A stretch of DNA of 64,000 nucleotides from an uncultured cyanobacterium (GCA_963718615.1 OY970368.1:3200001-3264000); one strand, 5' to 3'. Positions 1-10,719 are shown, counted from the first letter of the stretch. Notes: a model not told the origin generated them from the letters alone. Translations and numbers: made by a program.

Positions 1-18
1 AGGAGAATCAAAGGTTTC

Positions 19-1359
19 ATGCTGCGATCGCGAGCCCTGCGAGAAGGATCCGTTGGTCTATTGATCATCGTCGGCGTTGGTCTCTTTGCGGGCCTTGTGG
101 CTTGGCTCCGAGACTTTAGCCTAGGCCGCACTTCTTATCAGGTGTGGATTGAATTTGAAGATGTGGCAGGATTAGAAGAAGGCACCCCTGTGACTTTTCG
201 CGGCGTGCCGGTGGGTAAGGTGACGCGGGTGGATGTCAATGATCAAGTTGCGAGTGCCTTGGTCGAAATTAAACGGTTAGATTTAAAGATTCCGAAGGAT
301 TCGTTTGTTTCAGCACAAACTTCAGCTTTAATCGGCGATGCCGTTCTGGATATTGAACCCTTGGTCCAAATTGCATCAGCATCCATTCCGGGGCCGCTGA
401 GCGAAGATTGTAATGACAATTTGATTTTGTGTGATGGATCGCGCATTCGGGGAGATGCGATCGCCAGCCTCACGGATTTGATCATTTCAATGGAGAAGCT
501 CTCGAATATTTTGGGAGATCCGGCGCTGGTCGACAGCATTAAAACAACGGCGGTTAATGCCTCTAAGGCCACTGCGGGCATTACGGATTTAACCCAGGAT
601 CTCTCAAAACTCAGCAGTTCAGTGCAGGGAGAAGTGGGAAATCTCTCGACGACGCTCAAGTCTGCGGGACGGGCGGCTAACTCAGCGGAAGTAGCAGCCC
701 AATCGATTAATAGTGCGGCCAATGAGTTTGGCACGGTGGCAACGAAGGCTGGGCGATTGGCGGATCAAGCCAGTGGCTTGATCGAAGAGAACCGGGTGGC
801 ATTGGCGGACACTTTAAATAACATTGGACTGGCGAGTAACAGTTTGCGCAGTACGCTGCAAGAGCTACAGCCAACGCTCACCAGCGTCCGCGAAAGCGAT
901 ATTGTTCGCAATACCGAGCAACTCACCCAAAATATTCGGATTGCATCGGCCAATTTACGAGTTGCATCGGCGGCGCTCAATGATCCCCAAAGCATTTTAA
1001 TGTTGCAACAAACCCTTGATTCCGCGCGGGTGACTTTTCAAAATGCCCAAAAAATCACCTCGGATTTAGACCAATTGACGGGAGATCCAGGCTTTCGCCA
1101 GAATCTTTTGCGGCTGGTCAATGGCCTCAGTGGCTTAGTGTCTTCCACCCAACAACTGGAGCAACAAATTGCCTTTACACAGTCCCTGTCCGGTCAACCG
1201 CTGACGCCCTCTCAAGCCAAGCAAATGGCGGCAACAAATGCTCAGCTCAATGTGGAGTCCATTAAACTAACCCAGGAATTGGCGAGACTGACTCAACGAT
1301 TGGAAACCCCTGACGAGCAGCCGACGGACCCTAGTCCTGAAGAGGCGGGCGATCGCTGA
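19..1359 (+). CDS. MlaD/MCE-family lipid transport protein (TGD2/Ycf22-like)
   Basis: N-terminal TM (REGSVGLLII), MCE motif 'FEDVAGLEEGTPVTFRGVPVGKV', long coiled coil; AGGAGA RBS at 1-6. Confidence 0.9.
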   Translation: MLRSRALREGSVGLLIIVGVGLFAGLVAWLRDFSLGRTSYQVWIEFEDVAGLEEGTPVTFRGVPVGKVTRVDVNDQVASALVEIKRLDLKIPKDSFVSAQTSALIGDAVLDIEPLVQIASASIPGPLSEDCNDNLILCDGSRIRGDAIASLTDLIISMEKLSNILGDPALVDSIKTTAVNASKATAGITDLTQDLSKLSSSVQGEVGNLSTTLKSAGRAANSAEVAAQSINSAANEFGTVATKAGRLADQASGLIEENRVALADTLNNIGLASNSLRSTLQELQPTLTSVRESDIVRNTEQLTQNIRIASANLRVASAALNDPQSILMLQQTLDSARVTFQNAQKITSDLDQLTGDPGFRQNLLRLVNGLSGLVSSTQQLEQQIAFTQSLSGQPLTPSQAKQMAATNAQLNVESIKLTQELARLTQRLETPDEQPTDPSPEEAGDR

Positions 1360-1405
1360 TTTTATCGCTAAAGTATGATGGACTGCGTACTGAACCCAAT
1401 GTGCC

Positions 1406-2965
1406 ATGGCTCTGGAATCTGCAATGGGCGAAGCGGCCATCGAGGAAAATCTCAAGCAATTTTTGCTGGTGCTTTCGGTTTCCCTCAGCGTCGCGACCCT
1501 CCCTCAAGTTTTTAGCTGGTTTCGCAAAATTCCCTATACGTTGCTACTAGTGATTGCGGGCCTCGGACTGGCGCTCGTGGATGTGCGGTTGGTGAATTTG
1601 TCGCCGGGGCTGATTCTATCGATCTTTTTACCGCCGCTCTTATTTGAGGCGGCCTGGAATCTCAAATGGACGGCCCTGCGCAAAGACCTGGTGCCCATCT
1701 GCCTCTACGCTGTTTTGGGTGTCTTAATTTCAATTATTGGGATTGCCTTCGGCCTCAGCGCCACCGTAGGCCTTCCCCTCACCACTGCCCTGCTGATGGG
1801 TGCAATCCTTTCGGCCACAGACCCGGTCTCCGTCACGGCCCTGTTTCGGGAGCTGGGCGTCGACAAACGCCTCGGCACGCTGATGGAAGGGGAAAGCCTA
1901 TTTAATGACGGCATGGCGGTGGTAGCCTTTAGCTTTTTGGTGGGACTGCCCCTGGGAACCACCACTTTGGGCCTCCAGCCGGTTTTACTGGAGCTGATCC
2001 AGGTCATTGGCATTGGTCTGGGCATTGGTGGACTGATGGGCTTTGGGATTTCCTTCTTGACCCAGCGGTTTGATTTACCCTTGGTCGAGCAGTCCCTGAC
2101 GTTGGTTTCGGCCTATGCAGCCTATTTGTTGACAGAAGATTTGGGCGGCTCCGGTGTGATTGGCGTGGTCACCACGGGGCTGATTCTCGGTAACTTTGGC
2201 TCCAATATTGGCATGAACCCCCGAACGCGGGTGATTGTCAGCGAGTTTTGGGAGTTTCTGGCTTTTTTTGTTAATTCCATCGTCTTTTTGCTGATCGGTG
2301 ACCAGGTGCGGTTTGCGGCCCTGGGGGAAAATCTGCCGATTATTGCCATGACCGTTGCGCTGATGGTGGTGACGCGGGCGATCGCCGTCTACGGTCTAGG
2401 TTGGTTCAGCAACATCACCACCGATTCCGATATTTCCCTACCGGGCCAAACGATTCTTTGGTGGGGGGGGTTACGGGGATCAGTCTCGATCGCCCTTGCC
2501 CTCAGCGTCCCCGTAGTCCTGGGCGAACGGCAAGACATCATCGCCACGGTGTTTGGGGTAGTTTTATTCACGCTTTTGGTTCAGGGATTGACAATTCAGC
2601 CTCTGCTCAAAACACTGGATTTGCTGGGTGATCAGCCTCTGCGCCAAGAATATACTGAGTTGCTGGCACGACAGGCGGCACTGAAGCGAGTTTTAGAATA
2701 TTTGGATCAGATGGATGAACGGCCCGGTGTCGATCCGGAGTTTTTCCGGTACCAAACGACCCTGGTTAAGGGCGAACTCAACCGCATCAGCGAAGATATC
2801 CGTCAACTGCACCGAGATTATCCCAATTTGCAAAGCTTTACGACCGAGCAGTTGCGAGAGGAACTTTTGGCCGTTGAGGCTGATACCTACGCGGAGTTTG
2901 TCCAAGCAGGTCGGCTTAACCGGGAATTAGCTCCCATGCTCCAGCAGATTTTGCAGGCAGACTAA
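1406..2965 (+). CDS. CPA1 Na+/H+ antiporter (NhaS2-like)
   Basis: Multiple TM helices; 'LSATDPVSV', 'MEGESLFNDG' and 'GGLRGSVSIALAL' motifs. Confidence 0.92.
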   Translation: MALESAMGEAAIEENLKQFLLVLSVSLSVATLPQVFSWFRKIPYTLLLVIAGLGLALVDVRLVNLSPGLILSIFLPPLLFEAAWNLKWTALRKDLVPICLYAVLGVLISIIGIAFGLSATVGLPLTTALLMGAILSATDPVSVTALFRELGVDKRLGTLMEGESLFNDGMAVVAFSFLVGLPLGTTTLGLQPVLLELIQVIGIGLGIGGLMGFGISFLTQRFDLPLVEQSLTLVSAYAAYLLTEDLGGSGVIGVVTTGLILGNFGSNIGMNPRTRVIVSEFWEFLAFFVNSIVFLLIGDQVRFAALGENLPIIAMTVALMVVTRAIAVYGLGWFSNITTDSDISLPGQTILWWGGLRGSVSIALALSVPVVLGERQDIIATVFGVVLFTLLVQGLTIQPLLKTLDLLGDQPLRQEYTELLARQAALKRVLEYLDQMDERPGVDPEFFRYQTTLVKGELNRISEDIRQLHRDYPNLQSFTTEQLREELLAVEADTYAEFVQAGRLNRELAPMLQQILQAD

Positions 2966-2975
2966 AGGATCTACC

Positions 2976-5012
2976 GTGACCGTTCCCCTGTTGTCCACTT
3001 TGCGATCGCCTCGTCTCCTCCGGCTTGTTCTAGCCTGTTGCTTAGGCTGGATCCTGGGGCTCTCCCTCAACATTGTACATCTGTCCTCTTTCCTCGGGTT
3101 ACCAGGGATTGCGGGATGGGCTAGCCCTGGGGGACAGGCGGTCCTGGCGCAAACCCCTGCCAGTCCTCAGGTTCCCGTTCCGGGAGATCCGGTTCTGGGG
3201 GCCCCGGTTGAGCGGGTTCCCGTTCAGATCAACGAAGCAACCCTGTTCAAGGTTGCCGCCACGCCCGAGCGGACCGCCACAGAACGGGCCAAGCTCATCA
3301 ACCTGCAGCTCAAGGACATCGTACAGTCCAAGTCTGGAGCCAAAGTGACCGTCGAAGAACGTCAAAACAGGCCCATTTTACTGGTCAATGACGAATATCT
3401 ACTAACGGTACAGGCCCAGGATACCGACGCGCCCAAAACGCCCGCGCAACAGGCGGCAGACTGGGCCATAATCTTGCAGGAGCAACTGAACCAAGCCCAA
3501 TCCTTGCCCCCGGAAAGCTTGCCCAAAGCCCCTGTGTTTGTCAATGGTCGACCTATTTTTGAACTCGCTCCCATCGACGAAAAAACCGCCGCCGATCGCG
3601 CCCGCATTGCCAATCTCCAACTGCAAGCGGCGATCGCCTCCGATACCCTGCCCCAGGTTCAGGTCCGTTCTACCCATTCAGAACTGGCTGAAATTCGGCT
3701 GCAAGAAGCAGGCACAGGCACCAGTGAGCTGCTGGTGAGCGTCACCTCGGCAGATACCACGGCTCCAGACCTCTCCCCCAAGGCCCAGGCCGAACTCTGG
3801 GCAGATGATCTGCGCAGCAGCCTCCGCCAAGCCCAGACCGAACGCAGCGATGCAGCCCGCCGCGAAAAGATGGTCCAGGCCCTGGGGGTGTTGGCCCTGG
3901 CCCTGGGGGCTCAAGTGGCGGTGAGCCACCTCTGGCGCTGGTGTCGTCAACGGCTAGAGCGATGGATGGGGGAGCACAATTCGGCCAATCCCTACTCTCC
4001 CCGCTTGGTCAATTTTCTATTTTGGTCCACGTTTGGCACGATCGGCGTGGGCCTTTGGCTATCGGTCACTTTTTATCTCGCGAATCTCTTTCCCGTAACG
4101 CGGCAGTTAAGCTATACCCTGCGCGATCGCCTCTTGGGTGGATTAACCAACCCGATGATTCCCATCGGCAGCGAACGCTATTCCATTGTGGCCTTTGTGC
4201 TCTTGGGCTTGTTGCTCGTGGGATTGGTGATTGTCTCCGGTACGCTGACGGATTTTCTCAAGATTCGATTTCTGGGGGCGCTGGGTCTCGATCGGGGGGT
4301 CCAGGAGGCGATCGCCACGGTTTTCAAATACAGCATGATCGTCCTCGGGGCCATTATTCTGCTGCAAATCTGGGGACTAGACCTGAGCTCTCTGACGATT
4401 TTGGCCAGTGCTCTCGGGGTGGGTATTGGGTTTGGATTCCAGGATATTGCCAAAAATTTTGGCAGCGGCTTAGTCTTGGTTTTTGAGCGACCTATCCAAG
4501 TGGGGGATTTTGTCGAAGTCGGTCAATACATTGGCACCATCGAAAAGCTGGGAGCCCGCAGCACAATGATCCGCACCCTCGACAATCTCTACATTTTTAT
4601 CCCCAATTCTCGGTTCCTAGAAGACGAAGTGACCAACTGGAGCCATCGTCGCACCTCCTCCCGCATCCACATTCCCGTTGGCGTTGCCTATGGTTCTGAC
4701 CTGGAGAAGGTACAAGCAGCCTTACTCGAAGCAGCCCAGGCGAACCCCAATGTGCTCAAGACCCCCGAACCCCAGGTGTTTTTCAAAGGCTTTGGGGACA
4801 GTTCCCTAGACTTTGAACTCTTGGTCTGGATTGCCCGACCCCAGCAGCACGCCCAAATCAAAAGTCATCTTAATTTCAAAATTGATGCTGCGTTTCGACG
4901 TCGGGACATTTCGATTCCCTTTCCTCAGCGGGATCTCCATGTGCGCTCAGGGCAACCGCCCTGGATTCCACCGAATCAAATTCAGGTATCCACGGATGAC
5001 CCTGAACCATGA
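2976..5012 (+). CDS. MscS-family mechanosensitive channel with duplicated N-terminal periplasmic domain
   Basis: 'GVGIGFGFQDIAKNFGSG', 'IPNSRFL', 'GVAYGSD', 'ISIPFPQRDLH'; two copies of 'PV..N...LF.....TA.ERA...N.QL'. Confidence 0.9.
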   Translation: MTVPLLSTLRSPRLLRLVLACCLGWILGLSLNIVHLSSFLGLPGIAGWASPGGQAVLAQTPASPQVPVPGDPVLGAPVERVPVQINEATLFKVAATPERTATERAKLINLQLKDIVQSKSGAKVTVEERQNRPILLVNDEYLLTVQAQDTDAPKTPAQQAADWAIILQEQLNQAQSLPPESLPKAPVFVNGRPIFELAPIDEKTAADRARIANLQLQAAIASDTLPQVQVRSTHSELAEIRLQEAGTGTSELLVSVTSADTTAPDLSPKAQAELWADDLRSSLRQAQTERSDAARREKMVQALGVLALALGAQVAVSHLWRWCRQRLERWMGEHNSANPYSPRLVNFLFWSTFGTIGVGLWLSVTFYLANLFPVTRQLSYTLRDRLLGGLTNPMIPIGSERYSIVAFVLLGLLLVGLVIVSGTLTDFLKIRFLGALGLDRGVQEAIATVFKYSMIVLGAIILLQIWGLDLSSLTILASALGVGIGFGFQDIAKNFGSGLVLVFERPIQVGDFVEVGQYIGTIEKLGARSTMIRTLDNLYIFIPNSRFLEDEVTNWSHRRTSSRIHIPVGVAYGSDLEKVQAALLEAAQANPNVLKTPEPQVFFKGFGDSSLDFELLVWIARPQQHAQIKSHLNFKIDAAFRRRDISIPFPQRDLHVRSGQPPWIPPNQIQVSTDDPEP

Positions 5013-5352
5013 CTTCCGCCGCTCATGCCCCCGAAAACGTGTTCTAAGTCACAAACCGTGTCAATCCGTAAATTCTCCTAACAACATCAGCAAATGATGA
5101 CCTAAAGCGTGGCAATTCTTGTTATCACAGAATTAGCCCATACATCCGTCCTTAAATCCGTCCAGTCGAACCCCGTCACGGTTGGGTAGAAGCACGTAAG
5201 CACCGTTGCAAGGTTCTTCTGGCTCACGAATAATTCCGCAACCTTCGGGTTCTCAACTTCCCCCTGACGCTGATTATTCTGAGACAAGATTTTATTCTCG
5301 GTGCGCTTTTGGAGAGCGTACAGGGTTTGTCATTGCGCTCCAGGTCATCACC

Positions 5353-6060
5353 ATGCAGATGGATCCTCTCAATAGTCCCCATCCCGTTCCCTGGAGCTGG
5401 ATTCTCGCCACCCACGCCGCTGCTGCGGAGGCGGGCCAACGCCAAGTGCATTACTACCGCTCGGCGTCGTTGCGATCGCCCCAGTCCAGTCCCACCCATC
5501 TCCCCCACTGGACTGCCTATAGCCGTATTTGCTTTGAGGTGGACCCCGTGTTGCATCGCAGTCGGGTGAGCAGCATTTTATTTGTAGAGAATCTAGAAAC
5601 AGGAACGTTGCAGGCGATTACCGCCAGCTCTCCCCTGGCCCAGCAGTTTTGGCAAGAGCAGGGAGGGGTAGATACGGAGACAGGTGTCATGCATGGGGCG
5701 ATCGCCATGCTAATCCCCATTGCCTGGAACCAAGCCGGAACCAAGCTTCTGGCACGGGAGTTTGAGGGCATCTTTTGTAGCTCCTTCGTCACCGACCACG
5801 CGGTCATTTGGGACGGACAGCAGCATTTTAGCCGCACCTATACCCCTCAGATTGACCATGACTATGGCATTCTTCTGGGCTGGAGTGATGTGGAACCTGA
5901 CTCGGTGTTATTTGAAACCGTGATGATGGGACGGGCAGGGCGCGATCGCTATCGCATCAATGCCCATGGCTATACCGAACCCGCACCGGCAGATGAGCCG
6001 AGGCTGTTTGGGCAGATGGTGAGCGATATCCTGGCGGGTCCCCAGGCGGGGCCTCGCTAA
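5353..6060 (+). CDS. conserved cyanobacterial hypothetical protein
   Basis: Long ORF; likely start ATG 5353 ('MQMDPLNSPHPVPWSWI'); host-like codon usage. Confidence 0.6.
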   Translation: MQMDPLNSPHPVPWSWILATHAAAAEAGQRQVHYYRSASLRSPQSSPTHLPHWTAYSRICFEVDPVLHRSRVSSILFVENLETGTLQAITASSPLAQQFWQEQGGVDTETGVMHGAIAMLIPIAWNQAGTKLLAREFEGIFCSSFVTDHAVIWDGQQHFSRTYTPQIDHDYGILLGWSDVEPDSVLFETVMMGRAGRDRYRINAHGYTEPAPADEPRLFGQMVSDILAGPQAGPR

Positions 6061-6070
6061 GCAAGTTCGA

Positions 6071-7639
6071 CTAGAATCCCTGCCAGGGGCTAACCTCTAG
6101 GGCACCATTCGAGCGAAACACGGTCTTGAATTCTGCTACCGCACCTTGACCAGCGGTTGCACCGCTGCTCGTTTTCAGGCTGGGCAAGGGAATTTCCTTT
6201 TGATAATCCTTGGCGGCATCGTTCAGCGGCTCGAAGCCCACGACCTTGCCCTGCTCATCCAGCGTGACGCGGAATTCCAAAGCGCCATCAAAGGTCGGCT
6301 CTTCTGTCCAGTTCTGATCGAGGGCGTCGTAGAGCTCAGTATTTAAGGTTTCAATCCGGTCAGGATCGTCAATCGGCGTTGACGAAGTCACGGCTGACCG
6401 CTGAGACTGGGCGGAGCTTTCAGACTGGCTTTCAGGCTGGCTTTCAGGCTGGCTTTCAGGCTGGGCAAGGGTCGTTGATGTCGTCCCAGGGGCATCGGTC
6501 GAGACTACCGTTTCCGAGGCTGTCGAGGCCGAGGCTGTCGAGGCTGAGGCACCGGTTTCAGAGGCTGCTGCATCGGATCCTTCCCAGGGCTCAACCTGTA
6601 ACTGTCCATCCGGAGCAAAGGTCACACGAAACTGAGCTAGGGGTTCGTTTTGGAGTGCAGCTTCACTGGGCGGACGATAGAGCAATCGCGCCAGGGGTAA
6701 CTCGCCGACAACGCTATCCGCAAAGGCATCCACCCCCCGATAGCCAACAATCTCACCCGCTGCGCTCGCACTAACGCGATAAACCGCATTCTCAGAAAAC
6801 GTCGGATAGGGATACTCGTTCCAAGCATCATTGATCGAGATTTCTAACTCCGCACCGATCGCCTCTATTTCCGTGGCATCGGTAATTGTGGGAGGCTGAA
6901 CTTGAACATCGGTAACCTGCGCCGGATCGGGACGGTCTGCATCCGCTTGAGTCGCTGATGGTGAAGTTTCGGGGGCCGAGGTTTCGGAGGCTGAGGTTCC
7001 AGGGACTGAGGTACTGTCAGAGTTCTTAACGCTGGTCGCAGTCTCAGAGCCCCCTGGCGTGATGGGTCGCCGAACTTCAGGAATGCCCAAGGTAAACAAG
7101 GCAGCGGCGGCAGTCGCCAATCCGGCAGCACCAATGGCCGGTACCACAACCCGCTGTCCCACAGAAGTCTGAGATGGGGTATTACGCTTGGAGAGGGGTT
7201 GGAGAGCCAATTGCAGATGGGGCAAGGTCAGGCGATCGGCCAGACATTGATCAATGGCTTCCACTAAATCAAACAACTGAACCGTGGTTAGCGTCACCTG
7301 CTGCGGGGTCGTGCCCGAGCTTGCTGCGTCGGCCTCTGGGGAAACGGTCAGCTGATGGAGTCCTTCTTCAGTGGGGTGAATTTGGACTAAGCCGGACTGG
7401 AGGTCGCGATCGCGCAATCCACTCAACCGCTCCTGGGCATATCGACTCACCGTCCGCGTCAAATTGGCAAAAAATTCGCTGCCCCCGGACAGTTCTTGCT
7501 CCTGCCCCAAAAACCGGCAAACCGCATTGACCAAAATTGCCATCGAGCCCGCCGTGGACGATTCTGCCCCCGGATCACTCATCCCCTCTAGAAGCAGGGT
7601 GCAGTTCGGCAAATTATAACTTCGTTGAAGCTGCTGCAT
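6071..7639 (-). CDS. DUF4335 domain membrane protein with two tandem C-terminal domains
   Basis: 'RSYNLPNCTLLLEG' N-terminus, 'LTTVQLFDLVEAIDQ', one TM, two repeats ending 'VEPWEG'/'VSPWQG'. Confidence 0.75.
   Translation of the reverse strand: MQQLQRSYNLPNCTLLLEGMSDPGAESSTAGSMAILVNAVCRFLGQEQELSGGSEFFANLTRTVSRYAQERLSGLRDRDLQSGLVQIHPTEEGLHQLTVSPEADAASSGTTPQQVTLTTVQLFDLVEAIDQCLADRLTLPHLQLALQPLSKRNTPSQTSVGQRVVVPAIGAAGLATAAAALFTLGIPEVRRPITPGGSETATSVKNSDSTSVPGTSASETSAPETSPSATQADADRPDPAQVTDVQVQPPTITDATEIEAIGAELEISINDAWNEYPYPTFSENAVYRVSASAAGEIVGYRGVDAFADSVVGELPLARLLYRPPSEAALQNEPLAQFRVTFAPDGQLQVEPWEGSDAAASETGASASTASASTASETVVSTDAPGTTSTTLAQPESQPESQPESQSESSAQSQRSAVTSSTPIDDPDRIETLNTELYDALDQNWTEEPTFDGALEFRVTLDEQGKVVGFEPLNDAAKDYQKEIPLPSLKTSSGATAGQGAVAEFKTVFRSNGALEVSPWQGF
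6417..6463 (-). repeat. 12-bp tandem coding repeat (SQPE x3-4)
   Basis: ctttcag(a/g)ctgg repeated within the DUF4335 linker. Confidence 0.8.
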
Positions 7640-7644
7640 AGGGG

Positions 7645-8265
7645 CTATACCTCTCCGTCAAACAAACTGACCCACAGCCGCTGGGCACCGGCGGTTCCCG
7701 TACAAAACAGCAGCTGCTCCAAAAGCTCTAGGGCCAAAGCATTGAGCTTGTCGTCTTCGCTATAGATCATCACGCCAGCGCGTCGGGGATTCATCCGCTG
7801 CCGAAAATGGGCGCGAAACCGCAGTAAATACTCAGAGAGGCGAAAGTGACTCTCTAGGGGCAGTCCCTTGGCCTTGATCTGCTGCTCCGTCAACAAGAGC
7901 TGGCGAATCACAACGGTAAGACGACGGGCAATATAACAGGTGATTGCCACCAAGGCCTTGGCTTCAATTTGGCGTAGGGGGCGACGCTGGCTGAACCGAC
8001 GCAAGGGATTCGTTCCCCGCAATTGCCAAAGGTGAACGCGATTTTTGATGATGTCATCCAATCCCAGCTCATCCGCCACAATCAGTAGGGCTTCTGAGCC
8101 CCCAAGATCAAGCGCTTCAATGGCCAAAAGAATCAAATCAAGTTGTTGCCGTGCCCGCCGGGGACAAGCATCCTGGTTCATCGGAATATCCGGTAAGCCT
8201 TCGAGGGCAACCGGCACCGATAGAGAAGAAGAAGGAGGGGGCGTGACGCTCACGGAGGCACTCAT
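7645..8265 (-). CDS. DUF3038 domain protein
   Basis: 'LDLILLAIEAL', 'NRVHLWQLRGTNPLRR', 'LLFCTGTAGAQRLWVSLFDGE'; 5 bp upstream of DUF4335. Confidence 0.8.
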   Translation of the reverse strand: MSASVSVTPPPSSSLSVPVALEGLPDIPMNQDACPRRARQQLDLILLAIEALDLGGSEALLIVADELGLDDIIKNRVHLWQLRGTNPLRRFSQRRPLRQIEAKALVAITCYIARRLTVVIRQLLLTEQQIKAKGLPLESHFRLSEYLLRFRAHFRQRMNPRRAGVMIYSEDDKLNALALELLEQLLFCTGTAGAQRLWVSLFDGEV

Positions 8266-8529
8266 AAAGCGGCGAGATCCTGGGGGACGGAAAGGTAAAT
8301 CCTGAACCATTGTCCAAGACCTAACGAAGAGGCCAGGACAATTTTCAATGGAGTTTCACCAAGCTGCATTCTACAAAACTTCAGCAGTACGACATCCGAA
8401 AGAAAACTGAATCCTCATACTCCATCGTCAAGCCCTCATTTTGCAACAAGTTTGCGACGAGTTTGCGACTCAACCTTCCTCGTTTTGCGCTCCTCACTGT
8501 AGCATGCAGGGGGTGAGTGGGTTCATGGC

Positions 8530-9000
8530 CTAGTGATTGCTGATAATCCGCTGTAGGATTTGCAATCCGCTGACCGCTTGCCAACCAAAGATCCCAACAA
8601 GTACGGTGTTGAGCGTGATATGGGTATAGCGTGCCCATTCTGCACCTTTTTGCATAAAGGGCGAGAGCGCAGCGGAGGTGGCAATCAAGCCAGTCATGCC
8701 TAAACCTGCCAACAGGTGAGGGCCGACAAATAGCTTGCCATTATTGATATAAGTCACACTCATGCCGCCAATGGTTCCCAATACCATCAACGCCAAGAGG
8801 ATTGAGCCGGTAACGTAGTGTTTTTGGTTATAGCGGCCCTTGAGCAACTCTTTTTTAAGGTCGCCTTCGGCGGTGCGGGTGCGTCGCCACTGAAATCCTT
8901 GGTAGGCCGCATAGAGGGTCAAACCAAACAACACCCACATCAGGGCTGGATGGAAAAAATTAAGGCCAAATTTGACGTCGGAAGGCAGGTCGAAGCTCAT
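8530..9000 (-). CDS. DUF4079 membrane protein (cytochrome b561-like His pattern)
   Basis: 'FFHPALMW', 'NNGKLFVGPHLLAGLGM', four TMs; start ATG 9000. Confidence 0.8.
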   Translation of the reverse strand: MSFDLPSDVKFGLNFFHPALMWVLFGLTLYAAYQGFQWRRTRTAEGDLKKELLKGRYNQKHYVTGSILLALMVLGTIGGMSVTYINNGKLFVGPHLLAGLGMTGLIATSAALSPFMQKGAEWARYTHITLNTVLVGIFGWQAVSGLQILQRIISNH

Positions 9001-9120
9001 GGGGTTTCTCTCTGAAACTGCGCGGGGGTTTTGGGGCGATCGCCCATCAACAGGCATCACCCATCAACAGACATCGCCCCAAAATTTACAAAAGTTAACC
9101 CAATTATAGGGAAGAAACCG

Positions 9121-10719
9121 CTAGTGCAAGAAATGCCGTACGCCGGTCATGGCCATCACCAGCCCCAGTTGATTGGCGGCATCAATGGAATCCTGGTCCC
9201 GCAAACTGCCGCCGGGCTGAACGATCGCCCGAATTCCCGCTGCCGCCGCCGTCTGCACTGAGTCGTCGAAGGGGAAGAACCCATCACTGGCTAAAATCGC
9301 CCCCTGGGCCTGGGTTCCGGCCTGTTCGAGCGCAATCTTGACGGAACCGACTCGATTCATTTGGCCTGCGCCAATGCCGAGGGTAGCGCGGTGGTGGGTC
9401 ACGACGATCGCATTGGATTTCACATGGCGAACCACTTTCCAGGCAAAGAGCAGCTCGGCCAGCAAGGCATCGTCAGGTTGTTGATCGGTGACAATTTTCC
9501 AGTCGGCAGGGGTGGCCGCAAGGTCATCGGCGGCTTGGGCGAGAAATCCCCCGGCGATCGCCTTGACGGTTTCCCGAGGACCGCTCAGCAAATCGGGGAG
9601 CACCAAAACCCGCAGATTTTTCTTGGTTTTGAAAATTTCTAGGGCTTCATCGCTACAGCCGGGGGCCACAATACATTCCAGGAACGTTTGGGTCATGGCC
9701 TGGGCCGTGGCGGCGTCGAGGAGACGATTAACAGCAACAATCCCGCCAAAGGCTGAGACCGAATCGGCCTCAAAGGCTGCTTGATAGGCTTGAACCAAGC
9801 TATCTCCCAGGGCCACACCACAGGGGTTGTTGTGCTTCAGGACCGCTGCTGCGGGAGATTCGCTGGTATCCGCAAATTCGGCAATGATTTGCCGGGCGGC
9901 TTCGAGGTCCACTAGATTGTTGTAGCTCAACGCTTTGCCCTGGAGTTGTTGAGCCACCGCCCAGCCCCTAGGGGTTGCACCGGTTTGATACCAGGCTGCG
10001 GCTTGGTGGGGGTTTTCGCCGTAGCGCAGGGGCTGGATTTGCTGACCACTGAGGCTCCAGGCTTGGGGCAGGCTGACGGTTTCGGAGGATGGGGGAGCCG
10101 CCTGGGGGAGCGAGTCAGGGTTCTGCTGGGCCAGATTTTGGGCCAAATACCGCACGATCGCCCCATCGTAAGCCGCCGTATGCTCAAACGCCGCCAGCGC
10201 ACAGTCTCGCCGGAAGGCCAGGGGCACGGTGCCGTTGTGGTCCACCAGGGCTTGCAAATAGGATGCATACTGGCTGGGTTTACACAAAATGGTGAGATAG
10301 GCATGGTTTTTGGCCGCTGCCCGCACCATCGTCGGCCCACCAATGTCGATGTTTTCGATCGCTATGTCCAGCGTCACATCGGGTTTGGCCACGGTCTGCT
10401 CAAAGGGATAGAGATTGACCACGACCAAATCAATCGGCTGAATGTCATTGGCCGTGAGATCCGCTTGATCCTCAGGCATATCGGGTCGAGACAGGATCCC
10501 CCCATGGATACGGGGATGCAAGGTTTTGACCCGCCCGCCTAAAATCTCCGGGGACCCGGTATAGTCCGAAACCTTAGTGACCGGAAGGCCCGCCGCTTTG
10601 AGCACCTGAGCTGTGCCGCCGCTGCTGATAATTGAAAAGTCAAACTCTTGAACCAGGCGCTGAGCCAGTTCAACGATGCCGGTTTTATCCGAAACGCTCA
10701 GCAGTGCAAGCCGTCCCAT
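9121..10719 (-). CDS. purH: bifunctional AICAR transformylase/IMP cyclohydrolase
   Basis: 'ALLSVSDKTG', 'GGRVKTLHP', 'IDIGGPTMVRAAAKN', 'LRYGENPHQ', 'GVRHFLH'. Confidence 0.98.
   Translation of the reverse strand: MGRLALLSVSDKTGIVELAQRLVQEFDFSIISSGGTAQVLKAAGLPVTKVSDYTGSPEILGGRVKTLHPRIHGGILSRPDMPEDQADLTANDIQPIDLVVVNLYPFEQTVAKPDVTLDIAIENIDIGGPTMVRAAAKNHAYLTILCKPSQYASYLQALVDHNGTVPLAFRRDCALAAFEHTAAYDGAIVRYLAQNLAQQNPDSLPQAAPPSSETVSLPQAWSLSGQQIQPLRYGENPHQAAAWYQTGATPRGWAVAQQLQGKALSYNNLVDLEAARQIIAEFADTSESPAAAVLKHNNPCGVALGDSLVQAYQAAFEADSVSAFGGIVAVNRLLDAATAQAMTQTFLECIVAPGCSDEALEIFKTKKNLRVLVLPDLLSGPRETVKAIAGGFLAQAADDLAATPADWKIVTDQQPDDALLAELLFAWKVVRHVKSNAIVVTHHRATLGIGAGQMNRVGSVKIALEQAGTQAQGAILASDGFFPFDDSVQTAAAAGIRAIVQPGGSLRDQDSIDAANQLGLVMAMTGVRHFLH

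Noticed and set aside
8486-8502. CTCCTCAC resembling the Yfr1 sRNA core
   Set aside because: Incomplete match to ACTCCTCACAC and no flanking hairpin or terminator seen
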